64,000 nt of DNA from Leucoraja ocellata (taxonomy: Eukaryota), in the NCBI GenBank assembly GCA_036785375.1, contig JAWMAR010000116.1, forward strand, positions 2,046,001-2,110,000. The letters run 5' to 3'. Position numbers and translations under genes: made by a program. Shown piece by piece: positions 16,401 through 31,400 of the stretch (position 1 is its first letter; each line of letters starts with the position of its first letter). Below the pieces are notes generated by a model, which was not told the origin of the DNA, ran no database searches, and saw only the letters and a list, made by a program, of their open reading frames with translations.

Positions 16401-19400
16401 ACCACAGTACAACAGGATATTCATCATCCCAAATTACTGCAGGAGAGACAACAGCCCAAGCTACTGCAGGAATGACAACATCTGTAATTACTGATGGTGA
16501 GACCATGTCCCAATCTGTAACTGAAAAAATAATTTCCCAAAGAACTGAAGAGGAATCCACATCCCAAACTACTGCAGGAGAGATCATATCCCCGAGTACA
16601 ACAGGAGGGGTGACATCTGAAATTACTACAACAGAGATGATGACCCAAACCAGTTCAGGAGTGACAACGTCCCAAACTCCCGCTGAACAGACCATGTCCC
16701 AATCTACTGCAGAAGAGAGCAAATTCCAATCTACTACAGGAGAGGCAATGTCCCAAACTGCCAAAGGTGCGACCATCTCTCAAACTATTGCAGTAGAGAT
16801 GATGTCCCAAAGTACAGCAGTGGAAACTCAGTCCCAAAGTACATCAAGAGAGACTACAGTGCAAACTACTGCAGGAGAGACCATGTCCCAGAGAACAGCG
16901 GGAAAGACAACGTCTCAAACAACTACAGGAGAGACTACATCCAGAAGTAATGCAGGAGGGAGCACAACCCATTCTACTGGAGGAGAGACAACATCCCAAA
17001 CTAGTGCTGGAGAGATGACATCTGAAACTACTACAAGAGAGACAATGTCTCAAACTCCTGCAGGAGAAACCACATCTATAACTACTGACGGGGAGACTAC
17101 ATCTCAACTTACAACAGGACAGGCATCGTCCCAAACTACCGCAGGAGAGATCATATCCCAAACTACAGAAGGCACAACGACATCCCAAACTATCACAGAA
17201 GAGAGCTTGTCTCAAACTACTACAGGACTTATGATATCCCAAAATACTGCAGGAGAGACTATGTCCCAGAGTACAACAGGGGAGATGATGTCTCAATCTA
17301 CTACAGCAGAGACCACAACCCAAACAATTGCACCAGTGACTACGGCCCAAGCTACTGCAGGAGAACTGACATCTGAAATTACTACAGCAGAGACAATGTC
17401 CCAAACTAGTTCAGTAGTGACAACATCACAACGTACTGCAGAACAGACCATGTTCCAATCTTCTACTGAAGAGACCACATTCCAAACTACAACAGGTGAG
17501 ACGATGTCCCAATCTACAGCAGTCGAGACCGCATCCCAAAATACTGCAACAGAAATCACATCTGAAACTACTACAGGAGAGACAATGTCCCAAACTGCCA
17601 CAGGTGAGACCACGACACAAACTATTGCACTAGAGATGATGTCACAAAGTAGAACAGTGGAGACTCAGTTCCAAAGTACATCAAGAGAGACTACATTCCA
17701 AACTACTGCAGGAGAAACCATGTACCAGAGAACAGCAGGAGAGACAACGGCTCAATTTACTGCAGGAGAGACTAGGTCCAGAGCAAATGAAGGAGATAGC
17801 ACAGCCCTATCAATTGGTGGAGAGACAACATCTCAAACAATTGGTGGAGAGATGACATCCGAAACTACTACAGGAGGGACAATGTCCCAAACACCTGAAG
17901 GAGACACCACATATATAGCTGCTGAAGGAGAGACCACATCTCAACCTGCAACAGGACAGACATCGTCCCAAACTACCGCAGGAGAGATCATATCCCAAAC
18001 TTCTGAAGGTGCAACAACATCCCAAACTATCACAGAAGAGAACTTGTCTCAAACTACAATAGGACAGACGATATCCCAAATTACTGCAGGACAGACAGCG
18101 GCCAAAACTACTGCAGCAGAGAACACCGCCCAAACTTCTGCAGGAGAGACAATGATAAAAACTACTACAGGAGAGATCATGTCTCCAACTACTGCAGAAC
18201 AGACTACATCACAAACTATTGAAGTAGAGACCATGTCCCAATCTACAGCAGGAAAAATAATTTCCCAAAGTACTGAAGAAGAAAGCACATCTAAAATTAC
18301 CATAGGAGAAACCGCGTCCCAAACTACTGCAGGAGAGACCATGTCCCAAATTACAACAGGGGAGATAATGTTTCAATCTGCTACACGAGAGACCACATCC
18401 CAAACAATTGCACCAGTGACTACGGCCCAAGCTACTGCAGGAGAGCTGACATCTGAAATTACAACAGCAGAGACAATGTCCCAAACTAGTATAGTAGTGA
18501 CAACATCCCAACCTCCTGCAGAACAGACCAAGTTCGAATCTTCTACTGAAGAGACCACATTCCAAACTACAACAGGAGAGACCATGTCCCAATTTACATC
18601 AGCAGAGACCGCATCACAAAATACTGCACCAGACATCACATCTGAAACTAGCACAGGAGAGACAACGTCCAGAATTAATTCTGGAGAGAGCATGGCCCAT
18701 TCTACTAGTGGAGAGACAACATCCCAAACTAGTGATAGAGAGATGGCTTCTGAAGCTACTATACGAGAGACAATGTTCCAAACTCTAGCAGGAGAAATCA
18801 CATCCATAACCACAGAAGGAGAGACCACATCTCAACGTACAACAGGGCAGATATCGTCCCAAACTATGGCAAGAGAGATCATATCCCAAACTACTGAAGG
18901 AGCGAAAACATCCCAAACTATCACAGAAGAGAGCTTGTCTCCAGCTTCAACAGCACACATGATATCCCAAAATACTGCAGGAGAGAAAACGGCTGCAACT
19001 ACTGCAGGAGAGACAACGTTAAAAACTACCACAGGAGATATCACATCTCAAACTACTGCAAAAGAGACTACATCATTAAATATAGAAGAAGAGAACAAGT
19101 CCCAATCTACAGCAGAAAAAATAATTTCCCAAAGTACTGAAGATACAATGTCTAAAACTACCATAGGAGAGATCGTGCCCCAAACTACTGCAGGAGAGTC
19201 CATGTCCCAGAGTACAACAGGGGAAATGATGTCTCAATCTACTACAGGGAAGACCATGACCCAAACAATTGCACCAGTGACTACGGCCCAAGCACCTGCA
19301 AGAGAGCTGACATCTGAAATTATTACAGCAGAGACAATGTCCCAAACTAGTTCAATAGTAACAATATCCCAAACTCCTGTAGAACAGACCATGTTCCAAT

Positions 19401-22400
19401 CTTCTACAGAAGGGACCACATTCCAAACTACAACAGGAGAGGCCATGTCCCAATCAACAGCAGTAGTGACCGCATCACAAAATACTGCACCAGAGATCAC
19501 ATCTGTAACTACTACAGGAGAGACAATGTCCCATACTGCCGCAGCTGAGATCACCTCCCAAACTATTGCAGTAGAGATGATGTCCCAAATTACAACAGTG
19601 GAGTCCCAGTCACAAAGTACAACAAGAGAGACTACAGTGCATACTACTGCAGGAGAGACTACATTCAGAATTAATGCTGGAGAGATCACGGTCCATTCTA
19701 TTGGAGGAGAGACAACATCACAAACTGGTGCTGGAGAGATGGCATCTGAAACTACTACAGGAGAGACCATGTCCCAAACGCCTGACGGAGAAATCACATC
19801 CATGACCACAGAAGGAGAGACCACATCCCAACGTACAACAGGACAGACATCGTCCCAAACTACCGTGGGGGTGATCATATCCCGAACTACTGAAGGAGTG
19901 AAAACATCCCAAACTATCAAAGAAGAGAGCTTGTCTCAAACTACAACAGGACAGACGATATCCCAAAATACTGCAGGAGATACAACGGCCGAAACTTCTG
20001 CCGCGGGGAACGCCGCACAAACTTCTGCAGGAGAGACAAGGATAAAAACTACCACAGGAGAGATCATGTCTCCAACTACTGCAGAAGAGACTACATCACG
20101 AACTATTGAAGTAGAGACCATGTCCCAATCCACAACAGGAAAAATAATTTCCCAAAGTAATGCAGAGGATACCATGTCCAAAACTACCATAGGAGAGACC
20201 GCGTCCCAAACTAATGCAAGAGATACCATATCCCCAAGTACAATAGGGGAGATGATGTCTCAATCTACTATAGGAGAGACCACAACCCAAACAATTGCAC
20301 CCGTGACTACGGCCCAAGCTACTGCAGGAGTGCTGACATCTGAAATTACTACAGCAGAGACAATGTCCCAAACTAGTTCAGTAGCGACAACATCCCAACC
20401 TACTGCAGAACATACCATGTTCCAATCTTCTACTGAAGAGACCACATTCCAAACTACAGCAGGACAGATCATGTCCCAATCTACTGCAGTAGAGACCGCA
20501 TCCCAGAATACTGCACCAGAAATCACATCTGAAACTATTACAGGAGAGACAATGTCCCAAACTGACACAGGTGAGACCATGACACAAACTATTGCAGCAG
20601 AGATGATGTCACAAAGTAGAACAGTGGAGACACAGTTTCAAAGTACATCAAGAGAGACCACATTCCAAACTACAATTGGAAAGACCATGTCCCAATCAAC
20701 AGCAGTAGATGCACCAGAGATCACTTCTGAAACTACTGCAGGAGAGACCATGTCCCAGAGAACAGCAGGAGAGACAACGTCTCAATCTACTACAGGAGAG
20801 TCCACGTCCAGAGCAAATGCAGGAGAGAGCACGGTCCAATCAACTGGAGGGGAGACAACATCTCAAACTACTGCTGGTGACATGACATTAAAAACTACTA
20901 CAAGAGAGACAATGTCACAAACTCCTTCAGGAGAAACGCCATCTATAACTACTGAAGAAAAGACCACATCTCAACCTACAACAGGACAGACATCGTCCCA
21001 AACTACCGCAGGAGAGATCATATCCCAAACTTCTGAAGGTGCGATAACATCCCAAACTATCACAGAAGAGAGCTTGTCTCAAACTACAATAAGACAGACG
21101 ATATCCCAAATTACTGCAGGAGAGAGAACGGCCGAAACTACTGCAGCAGAGAACACCGCCCAAACTTCTGCAGGAGAGACAACGATAAAAGCTACTACAG
21201 GAGAGATCATGTCTCCAACTACTGCAGAAGAGACTACATCACGAACTATTGAAGTAGAGACCATGTCCCAATCTACAACAGGAAAAATAATTTCCCAAAG
21301 TACTGAAGAAGAAAGCACATCTAAAATTACCACAGGAGAGACCGCATCCCAAACTACTACAGGAGAGACCATGTCCGTAATTACAACAGGGGAGATGATG
21401 TTTCAATCTACTACAGGAGAGACCACAACCCAAACAATTGCACCCGTGACTACGGCCCAAGCTACTGCAGGAGTGCTGACATCTGAAATTACTACAGCAG
21501 AGACAATGTCCCAAACTAGTTCAGTAGTGACAACATCCCAACCTACTGCAGAACAGACCATGTTCCAATCTTCTACTGAAGAGGCCACATTCCAAACTAC
21601 AACAGGAGAGACCATGTCGCAATCTACAGCAGTAGAGACCGCATCCCAAAATACTGCACCAGAGATTACATCTGAAACTACTACAGGAGAGACAATGTCC
21701 CAAACTGCCACAGGTGTGACCATCTCTCAAACTATTGCAGAAGAGATGATGTCCCAAAGTACAACAGTGGAGACTCAGTCCCAAAAGACATCAAATGAGA
21801 CTACAGTGCAAACTACTGCAGGAGAGACCATGTCCCAGAGAACAGCAGGAGAGACAACGGCTCAATTTACTATAGGAGAGTCCACGTCCAGAGCAAATGC
21901 AGGAGAGAGCACGGTCCAATCAACTGGAGGTGAGAGAACATCTCAAACTACTGCTGGTGACAAGACATCCAAAACTACTACAAGAGAGACAATGTCCCAA
22001 ACTCCTGCAGGAGAAACCACATCTATACTTACTGAAGGAGAGAACACATCTCAACCTACAACAGGACAGACATTGTCCCAAACTACTGCAGGAGAGACCA
22101 TGTCCCAGAGTACAACAGGAGAGATGATGTCTCAATCTATCACAGGAGAGACCATGACCCAAACAATTGCACCAGTGACATCAGCCCAAGCTACTACAGA
22201 GGAGCTGACATCTGAAACTATTTCAGTAGTGACAATATCCCAAACTCCTGTAGAACAGACCATGTTCCAATCTTCAACTGAAGAGATCACATTCAAAACT
22301 ACAACAGGAGAGACTATGTCCCAATCTACAGCAGTAGAGACCACATCCCAAAATACTGCACCTGCGATCACATCTGAATCTACTACAGGAGAGACAATGT

Positions 22401-25400
22401 CCCTAACTGCCATAGGTGAGACCACCTCCCAAACTATTGCAGTAGAGATGATCTCCCAAAGTACAACAGTGGAGACTCAGTCCCAAAGTACATCTAGAGA
22501 GACCACAGTGCATACTACTGCTGGAGAGACAACGTCCAGTATTAATGCAGGAGAGAGCACGGCCCATTCTACTGGAGGAGAGACAACATCACAAACTAGT
22601 GCTGGAGAGATGGCTTCTGAAATTACTATAGGAGAGACAATGTCCCAAACTCCAGCAGGAGAAATCATATCCATAACCACAGAAGGAGAGACCACATCCC
22701 AACGTACAACACGGCAGATATCGTTTCAAACTACGGCAGGAGAGATCATATCCCAAACTTCTGAAGGTGCGACAACATCCCAAACTATCACAGAAGAGAG
22801 CTTGTCTCAAACTACAATAGGGCAGACGATATCCCAAATTACTGCAGGAGAGACAACGACCGAAACTACTGCAGCAGAGAACACCGCCCAAACTTCTGCA
22901 GGAGAGACAACGATAAAAACTACTACAGGAGAGATCGTGTCTCCAACTACTGCAGAAGTGACTACATCACGAACTATTGAAGTAGAGACCATGTCCCAAT
23001 CTACAACAGGAAAAATAATTTCGCAAAGTACTGAAGGAGAAAGCACATCTAAAATTACCATAGGAGAGACCGCGTCCCAAACTACTACAGGAGAGACCAT
23101 GTCCGTAATTGCAACAGGGGAGATGATGTCTCAATCTACTATAGGAGAGACCACAACCCAAACAATTGCACCCGTGACTACGGCCCAAGCTACTGCAGGA
23201 GTGCTGACATCTGAAATTACTACAGCAGAGACAATGTCCCAAACTAGTTCAGTAGTGACAACATCCCAACCTACTGCAGAACAGACCATGTTCCAATCTT
23301 CTACTGAAGAGACCACATTCCAAACTACAACAGGAAAGGCCATGTCGCAATCTACAGCAGTAGAGACCGCATCCCAAAATACTGCACCAGAGATTGCATC
23401 TGAAACTACTACAGAAGAGACAATGTCCCAAACTGCCACAGGTGTGACCATCTCTCAAACTATTGCAGTAGAGATGATGTCCCAAAGTACAACAGTGGAG
23501 ACTCAGTCCCAAAAGACATCAAGAGAGACTACAGTGCAAACTACTGCAGGAGAGACCATGTCCCAGAGAACAGCAGGAGAGACAACGGCTCAATCTACTA
23601 CAGGAGAGTCCACGTCCAGAGCAAATGCAGGAGAGAGCACGGTCCAATCAACTGGAGGTGAGAGAACATCTCAAACTACTGCTGGTGACAAGACATCCAA
23701 AACTACTACAAGAGAGACAATGTCCCAAACTCCTGCAGGAGAAACCACATCTATACCTACTGAAGGAGAGACCACATCTCAACCTACAACAGGACAGACA
23801 TTGTCCCAAACTACTGCAGGAGAGACCATGTCCCAGAGTACAACAGGAGAGATGATGTCTCAATCTATCACAGGAGAGACCACGACCCAAACAATTGCAC
23901 CAGTGACATCAGCCCAAGCTACTACAGAGGAGCTGACATCTGAAACTATTTCAGTAGTGACAATATCCCAAACTCCTGTAGAACAGACCATGTTCCAATC
24001 TTCAACTGAAGAGATCACATTCAAAACTACAACAGGAGAGACTATGTCCCAATCTACAGCAGTAGAGACCACATCCCAAAATACTGCACCTGAGATCTCA
24101 TCTGAATCTACTACAGGAGAGACAATGTCCCTAACTGCCATAGGTGAGACCACCTCCCAAACTATTGCAGTAGAGATGATCTCCCAAAGTACAACAGTGG
24201 AGACTCAGTCCCAAAGTACATCAAGAGAGACTACAGTGCATACTACTGCTGGAGAGACAACGTCCAGTATTAATGCAGGAGAGAGCACGGCCCATTCTAC
24301 TGGAGGAGAGACAACATCACAAACTAGTGCTGGAGAGATGGCTTCTGAAATTACTATAGGAGAGACAATGTCCCAAACTCCAGCAGGAGAAATCACATCC
24401 ATAACCACAGAAGGAGAGACCACATCCCAACGTACAACACGGCAGATATCGTTTCAAACTACGGCAGGAGAGATCATATCCCAAACTTCTGAAGGTGCGA
24501 CAACATCCCAAACTATCACAGAAGAGAGCTTGTCTCAAACTACAATAGGACAGACGATATCCCAAATTACTGCAGGAGAGACAACGGCCGAAACGACTGC
24601 AGCAGAGAACACTGCCCAAACTTCTGCAGGAGAGACAACGATAAAAACTACTACAGGAGAGATCGTGTCTCCAACTACTGCAGAAGTGACTACATCACGA
24701 ACTATTGAAGTAGAGACCATGTCCCAATCTACAACAGGAAAAATAATTTCGCAAAGTACTGAAGGAGAAAGCACATATAAAATTACCATAGGAGAGACCG
24801 CGTCCCAAACTACTACAGGAGAGACCATGTCCGTAATTACAACAGGGGAGATGATGTCTCATTCTACTACAGGAGAGACCACAACCCAAACAATTGCACC
24901 CGTGACTACGGCCCAAGCTACTGCAGGAGTGCTGACATCTGAAATTACTACAGCAGAGACAATGTCCCAAACTAGTTCAGTAGTGACAACATCCGAACCT
25001 AGTGCAGAACAGACCATGTTCCAATCTTCTACTGAAGAGACCACATTCAAAACTACAACAGGAGAGACTATGTCCCAATCTACAGCAGTAGAGACAACAT
25101 CCCAAAATACTGCACCTGCGATCACATCTGAATCTACTACAGGAGAGACAATGTCCCTAACTGCCACAGGTGTGACCATCTCTCAAACTATTGTAGTAGA
25201 GATGATGTCACAAAGTACAACAGTGGAGACTCAGTCCCAAAAGACATCAAGAGAGACTACAGTGCAAACAACTGCAGGAGAGACCATGTCCCAGAGAACA
25301 GCAGGAGAGACAACGGCTCAATCTACTACAGGAGAGTCCACGTCCAGAGCAAATGCAGGAGAGAGCACGGTCCAATCAACTGGAGGTGAGAGAACATCTC

Positions 25401-28400
25401 AAACTACTGCTGGTGACAAGACATCCAAAACTACTACAAGAGAGACAATGTCCCAAACTCCTGCAGGAGAAACCACATCTATACCTACTGAAGGAGAGAA
25501 CACATCTCAACCTACAACAGGACAGACATTGTCCCAAACTACTGCAGGAGAGACCATGTCCCAGAGTACAACAGGAGAGATGATGTCTCAATCTATCACA
25601 GGAGAGACCATGACCCAAACAATTGCACCAGTGACATCAGCCCAAGCTACTACAGAGGAGCTGACATCTGAAACTATTTCAGTAGTGACAATATCCCAAA
25701 CTCCTGTAGAACAGACCATGTTCCAATCTTCAACTGAAGAGATCACATTCAAAACTACAACAGGAGAGACTATGTCCCAATCTACAGCAGTAGAGACCAC
25801 ATCCCAAAATACTGCACCTGCGATCACATCTGAATCTACTACAGGAGAGACAATGTCCCTAACTGCCATAGGTGAGACCACCTCCCAAACTATTGCAGTA
25901 GAGATGATCTCCCAAAGTACAACAGTGGAGACTCAGTCCCAAAGTACATCTAGAGAGACCACAGTGCATACTACTGCTGGAGAGACAACGTCCAGTATTA
26001 ATGCAGGAGAGAGCACGGCCCATTCTACTGGAGGAGAGACAACATCACAAACTAGTGCTGGAGAGATGGCTTCTGAAATTACTATAGGAGAGACAATGTC
26101 CCAAACTCCAGCAGGAGAAATCACATCCATAACCACAGAAGGAGAGACCACATCCCAACGTACAACACGGCAGATATCGTTTCAAACTACGGCAGGAGAG
26201 ATCATATCCCAAACTTCTGAAGGTGCGACAACATCCCAAACTATCACAGAAGAGAGCTTGTCTCAAACTACAATAGGACAGACGATATCCCAAATTACTG
26301 CAGGAGAGACAACGGCCGAAACGACTGCAGCAGAGAACACTGCCCAAACTTCTGCAGGAGAGACAACGATAAAAACTACTACAGGAGAGATCGTGTCTCC
26401 AACTACTGCAGAAGTGACTACATCACGAACTATTGAAGTAGAGACCATGTCCCAATCTACAACAGGAAAAATAATTTCGCAAAGTACTGAAGGAGAAAGC
26501 ACATCTAAAATTACCATAGGAGAGACCGCGTCCCAAACTACTACAGGAGAGACCATGTCCGTAATTACAACAGGGGAGATGATGTCTCAATCTACTACAG
26601 GAGAGACCACAACCCAAACAATTGCACCCGTGACTACGGCCCAAGCTACTGCAGGAGTGCTGACATCTGAAATTACTACAGCAGAGACAATGTCCCAAAC
26701 TAGTTCAGTAGTGACAACATCCGAACCTACTGCAGAACAGACCATGTTCCAATCTTCTACTGAAGAGACCACATTCAAAACTACAACAGGAGAGACTATG
26801 TCCCAATCTACAGCAGTAGAGACAACATCCCAAAATACTGCACCTGCGATCACATCTGAATCTACTACAGGAGAGACAATGTCCCAAACTGCCACAGGTG
26901 TGACCATCTCTCAAACTATTGTAGTAGAGATGATGTCACAAAGTACAACAGTGGAGACTCAGTCCCAAAAGACATCAAGAGAGACTACAGTGCAAACAAC
27001 TGCAGGAGAGACCATGTCCCAGAGAACAGCAGGAGAGACAACGGCTCAATCTACTACAGGAGAGTCCACGTCCAGAGCAAATGCAGGAGAGAGCACGGTC
27101 CAATCAACTGGAGGTGAGAGAACATCTCAAACTACTGCTGGTGACAAGACATCCAAAACTACTACAAGAGAGACAATGTCCCAAACTCCTGCAGGAGAAA
27201 CCACATCTATACCTACTGAAGGAGAGAACACATCTCAACCTACAACAGGACAGACATTGTCCCAAACTACTGCAGGAGAGACCATGTCCCAGAGTACAAC
27301 AGGAGAGATGATGTCTCAATCTATCACAGGAGAGACCATGACCCAAACAATTGCACCAGTGACATCAGCCCAAGCTACTACAGAGGAGCTGACATCTGAA
27401 ACTATTTCAGTAGTGACAATATCCCAAACTCCTGTAGAACAGACCATGTTCCAATCTTCAACTGAAGAGATCACATTCAAAACTACAACAGGAGAGACTA
27501 TGTCCCAATCTACAGCAGTAGAGACCACATCCCAAAATACTGCACCTGCGATCACATCTGAATCTACTACAGGAGAGACAATGTCCCTAACTGCCATAGG
27601 TGAGACCACCTCCCAAACTATTGCAGTAGAGATGATCTCCCAAAGTACAACAGTGGAGACTCAGTCCCAAAGTACATCTAGAGAGACCACAGTGCATACT
27701 ACTGCTGGAGAGACAACGTCCAGTATTAATGCAGGAGAGAGCACGGCCCATTCTACTGGAGGAGAGACAACATCACAAACTAGTGCTGGAGAGATGGCTT
27801 CTGAAATTACTATAGGAGAGACAATGTCCCAAACTCCAGCAGGAGAAATCACATCCATAACCACAGAAGGAGAGACCACATCCCAACGTACAACACGGCA
27901 GATATCGTTTCAAACTACGGCAGGAGAGATCATATCCCAAACTTCTGAAGGTGCGACAACATCCCAAACTATCACAGAAGAGAGCTTGTCTCAAACTACA
28001 ATAGGACAGACGATATCCCAAATTACTGCAGGAGAGACAACGGCCGAAACGACTGCAGCAGAGAACACTGCCCAAACTTCTGCAGGAGAGACAACGATAA
28101 AAACTACTACAGGAGAGATCGTGTCTCCAACTACTGCAGAAGTGACTACATCACGAACTATTGAAGTAGAGACCATGTCCCAATCTACAACAGGAAAAAT
28201 AATTTCGCAAAGTACTGAAGGAGAAAGCACATCTAAAATTACCATAGGAGAGACCGCGTCCCAAACTACTACAGGAGAGACCATGTCCGTAATTACAACA
28301 GGGGAGATGATGTCTCAATCTACTACAGGAGAGACCACAACCCAAACAATTGCACCCGTGACTACGGCCCAAGCTACTGCAGGAGTGCTGACATCTGAAA

Positions 28401-31400
28401 TTACTACAGCAGAGACAATGTCCCAAACTAGTTCAGTAGTGACAACATCCCAACCTACTGCAGAACAGACCATGTTCCAATCTTCTACTGAAGAGACCAC
28501 ATTCCAAACTACAACAGGAAAGGCCATGTCGCAATCTACAGCAGTAGAGACCGCATCCCAAAATACTGCACCAGAGATTGCATCTGAAACTACTACAGAA
28601 GAGACAATGTCCCAAACTGCCACAGGTGTGACCATCTCTCAAACTATTGCAGTAGCGATGATGTCCCAAAGTACAACAGTGGAGACTCAGTCCCAAAAGA
28701 CATCAAGAGAGACTACAGTGCAAACTACTGCAGGAGAGACCATGTCCCAGAGAACAGCAGGAGAGACAACGGCTCAATCTATTACAGGAGAGTCCGCATC
28801 CAGAGCAAATGCAGGAGAGAGCACGGTCCAATCAACTGGAGGTGAGAGAACATCTCAAACTACTGCTGGTGACAAGACATCCAAAACTACTACAAGAGAG
28901 ACAATGTCCCAAACTCCTGCAGGAGAAACCACATCTATACCTACTGAAGGAGAGACCACATCTCAACCTACAACAGGACAGACATTGTCCCAAACTACTG
29001 CAGGAGAGACCATGTCCCAGAGTACAACAGGAGAGATGATGTCTCAATCTATCACAGGAGAGACCACGACCCAAACAATTGCACCAGTGACATCAGCCCA
29101 AGCTACTACAGAGGAGCTGACATCTGAAACTATTTCAGTAGTGACAATATCCCAAACTCCTGTAGAACAGACCATGTTCCAATCTTCAACTGAAGAGATC
29201 ACATTCAAAACTACAACAGGAGAGACTATGTCCCAATCTACAGCAGTAGAGACCACATCCCAAAATACTGCACCTGAGATCTCATCTGAATCTACTACAG
29301 GAGAGACAATGTCCCTAACTGCCATAGGTGAGACCACCTCCCAAACTATTGCAGTAGAGATGATCTCCCAAAGTACAACAGTGGAGACTCAGTCCCAAAG
29401 TACATCAAGAGAGACTACAGTGCATACTACTGCTGGAGAGACAACGTCCAGTATTAATGCAGGAGAGAGCACGGCCCATTCTACTGGAGGAGAGACAACA
29501 TCACAAACTAGTGCTGGAGAGATGGCTTCTGAAATTACTATAGGAGAGACAATGTCCCAAACTCCAGCAGGAGAAATCACATCCATAACCACAGAAGGAG
29601 AGACCACATCCCAACGTACAACACGGCAGATATCGTTTCAAACTACGGCAGGAGAGATCATATCCCAAACTTCTGAAGGTGCGACAACATCCCAAACTAT
29701 CACAGAAGCGAGCTTGTCTCAAACTACAATAGGACAGACGATATCCCAAATTACTGCAGGAGAGACAACGGCCGAAACGACTGCAGCAGAGAACACTGCC
29801 CAAACTTCTGCAGGAGAGACAACGATAAAAACTACTACAGGAGAGATCGTGTCTCCAACTACTGCAGAAGTGACTACATCACGAACTATTGAAGTAGAGA
29901 CCATGTCCCAATCTACAACAGGAAAAATAATTTCGCAAAGTACTGAAGGAGAAAGCACATCTAAAATTACCATAGGAGAGACCGCGTCCCAAACTACTAC
30001 AGGAGAGACCATGTCCGTAATTACAACAGGGGAGATGATGTCTCAATCTACTACAGGAGAGACCACAACCCAAACAATTGCACCCGTGACTACGGCCCAA
30101 GCTACTGCAGGAGTGCTGACATCTGAAATTACTACAGCAGAGACAATGTCCCAAACTAGTTCAGTAGTGACAACATCCGAACCTAGTGCAGAACAGACCA
30201 TGTTCCAATCTTCTACTGAAGAGACCACATTCAAAACTACAACAGGAGAGACTATGTCCCAATCTACAGCAGTAGAGACAACATCCCAAAATACTGCACC
30301 TGCGATCACATCTGAATCTACTACAGGAGAGACAATGTCCCTAACTGCCACAGGTGTGACCATCTCTCAAACTATTGTAGTAGAGATGATGTCACAAAGT
30401 ACAACAGTGGAGACTCAGTCCCAAAAGACATCAAGAGAGACTACAGTGCAAACAACTGCAGGAGAGACCATGTCCCAGAGAACAGCAGGAGAGACAACGG
30501 CTCAATCTACTACAGGAGAGTCCACGTCCAGAGCAAATGCAGGAGAGAGCACGGTCCAATCAACTGGAGGTGAGAGAACATCTCAAACTACTGCTGGTGA
30601 CAAGACATCCAAAACTACTACAAGAGAGACAATGTCCCAAACTCCTGCAGGAGAAACCACATCTATACCTACTGAAGGAGAGAACACATCTCAACCTACA
30701 ACAGGACAGACATTGTCCCAAACTACTGCAGGAGAGACCATGTCCCAGAGTACAACAGGAGAGATGATGTCTCAATCTATCACAGGAGAGACCATGACCC
30801 AAACAATTGCACCAGTGACATCAGCCCAAGCTACTACAGAGGAGCTGACATCTGAAACTATTTCAGTAGTGACAATATCCCAAACTCCTGTAGAACAGAC
30901 CATGTTCCAATCTTCAACTGAAGAGATCACATTCAAAACTACAACAGGAGAGACTATGTCCCAATCTACAGCAGTAGAGACCACATCCCAAAATACTGCA
31001 CCTGAGATCTCATCTGAATCTACTACAGGAGAGACAATGTCCCTAACTGCCATAGGTGAGACCACCTCCCAAACTATTGCAGTAGAGATGATCTCCCAAA
31101 GTACAACAGTGGAGACTCAGTCCCAAAGTACATCAAGAGAGACTACAGTGCATACTACTGCTGGAGAGACAACGTCCAGTATTAATGCAGGAGAGAGCAC
31201 GGCCCATTCTACTGGAGGAGAGACAACATCACAAACTAGTGCTGGAGAGATGGCTTCTGAAATTACTATAGGAGAGACAATGTCCCAAACTCCAGCAGGA
31301 GAAATCACATCCATAACCACAGAAGGAGAGACCACATCCCAACGTACAACACGGCAGATATCGTTTCAAACTACGGCAGGAGAGATCATATCCCAAACTT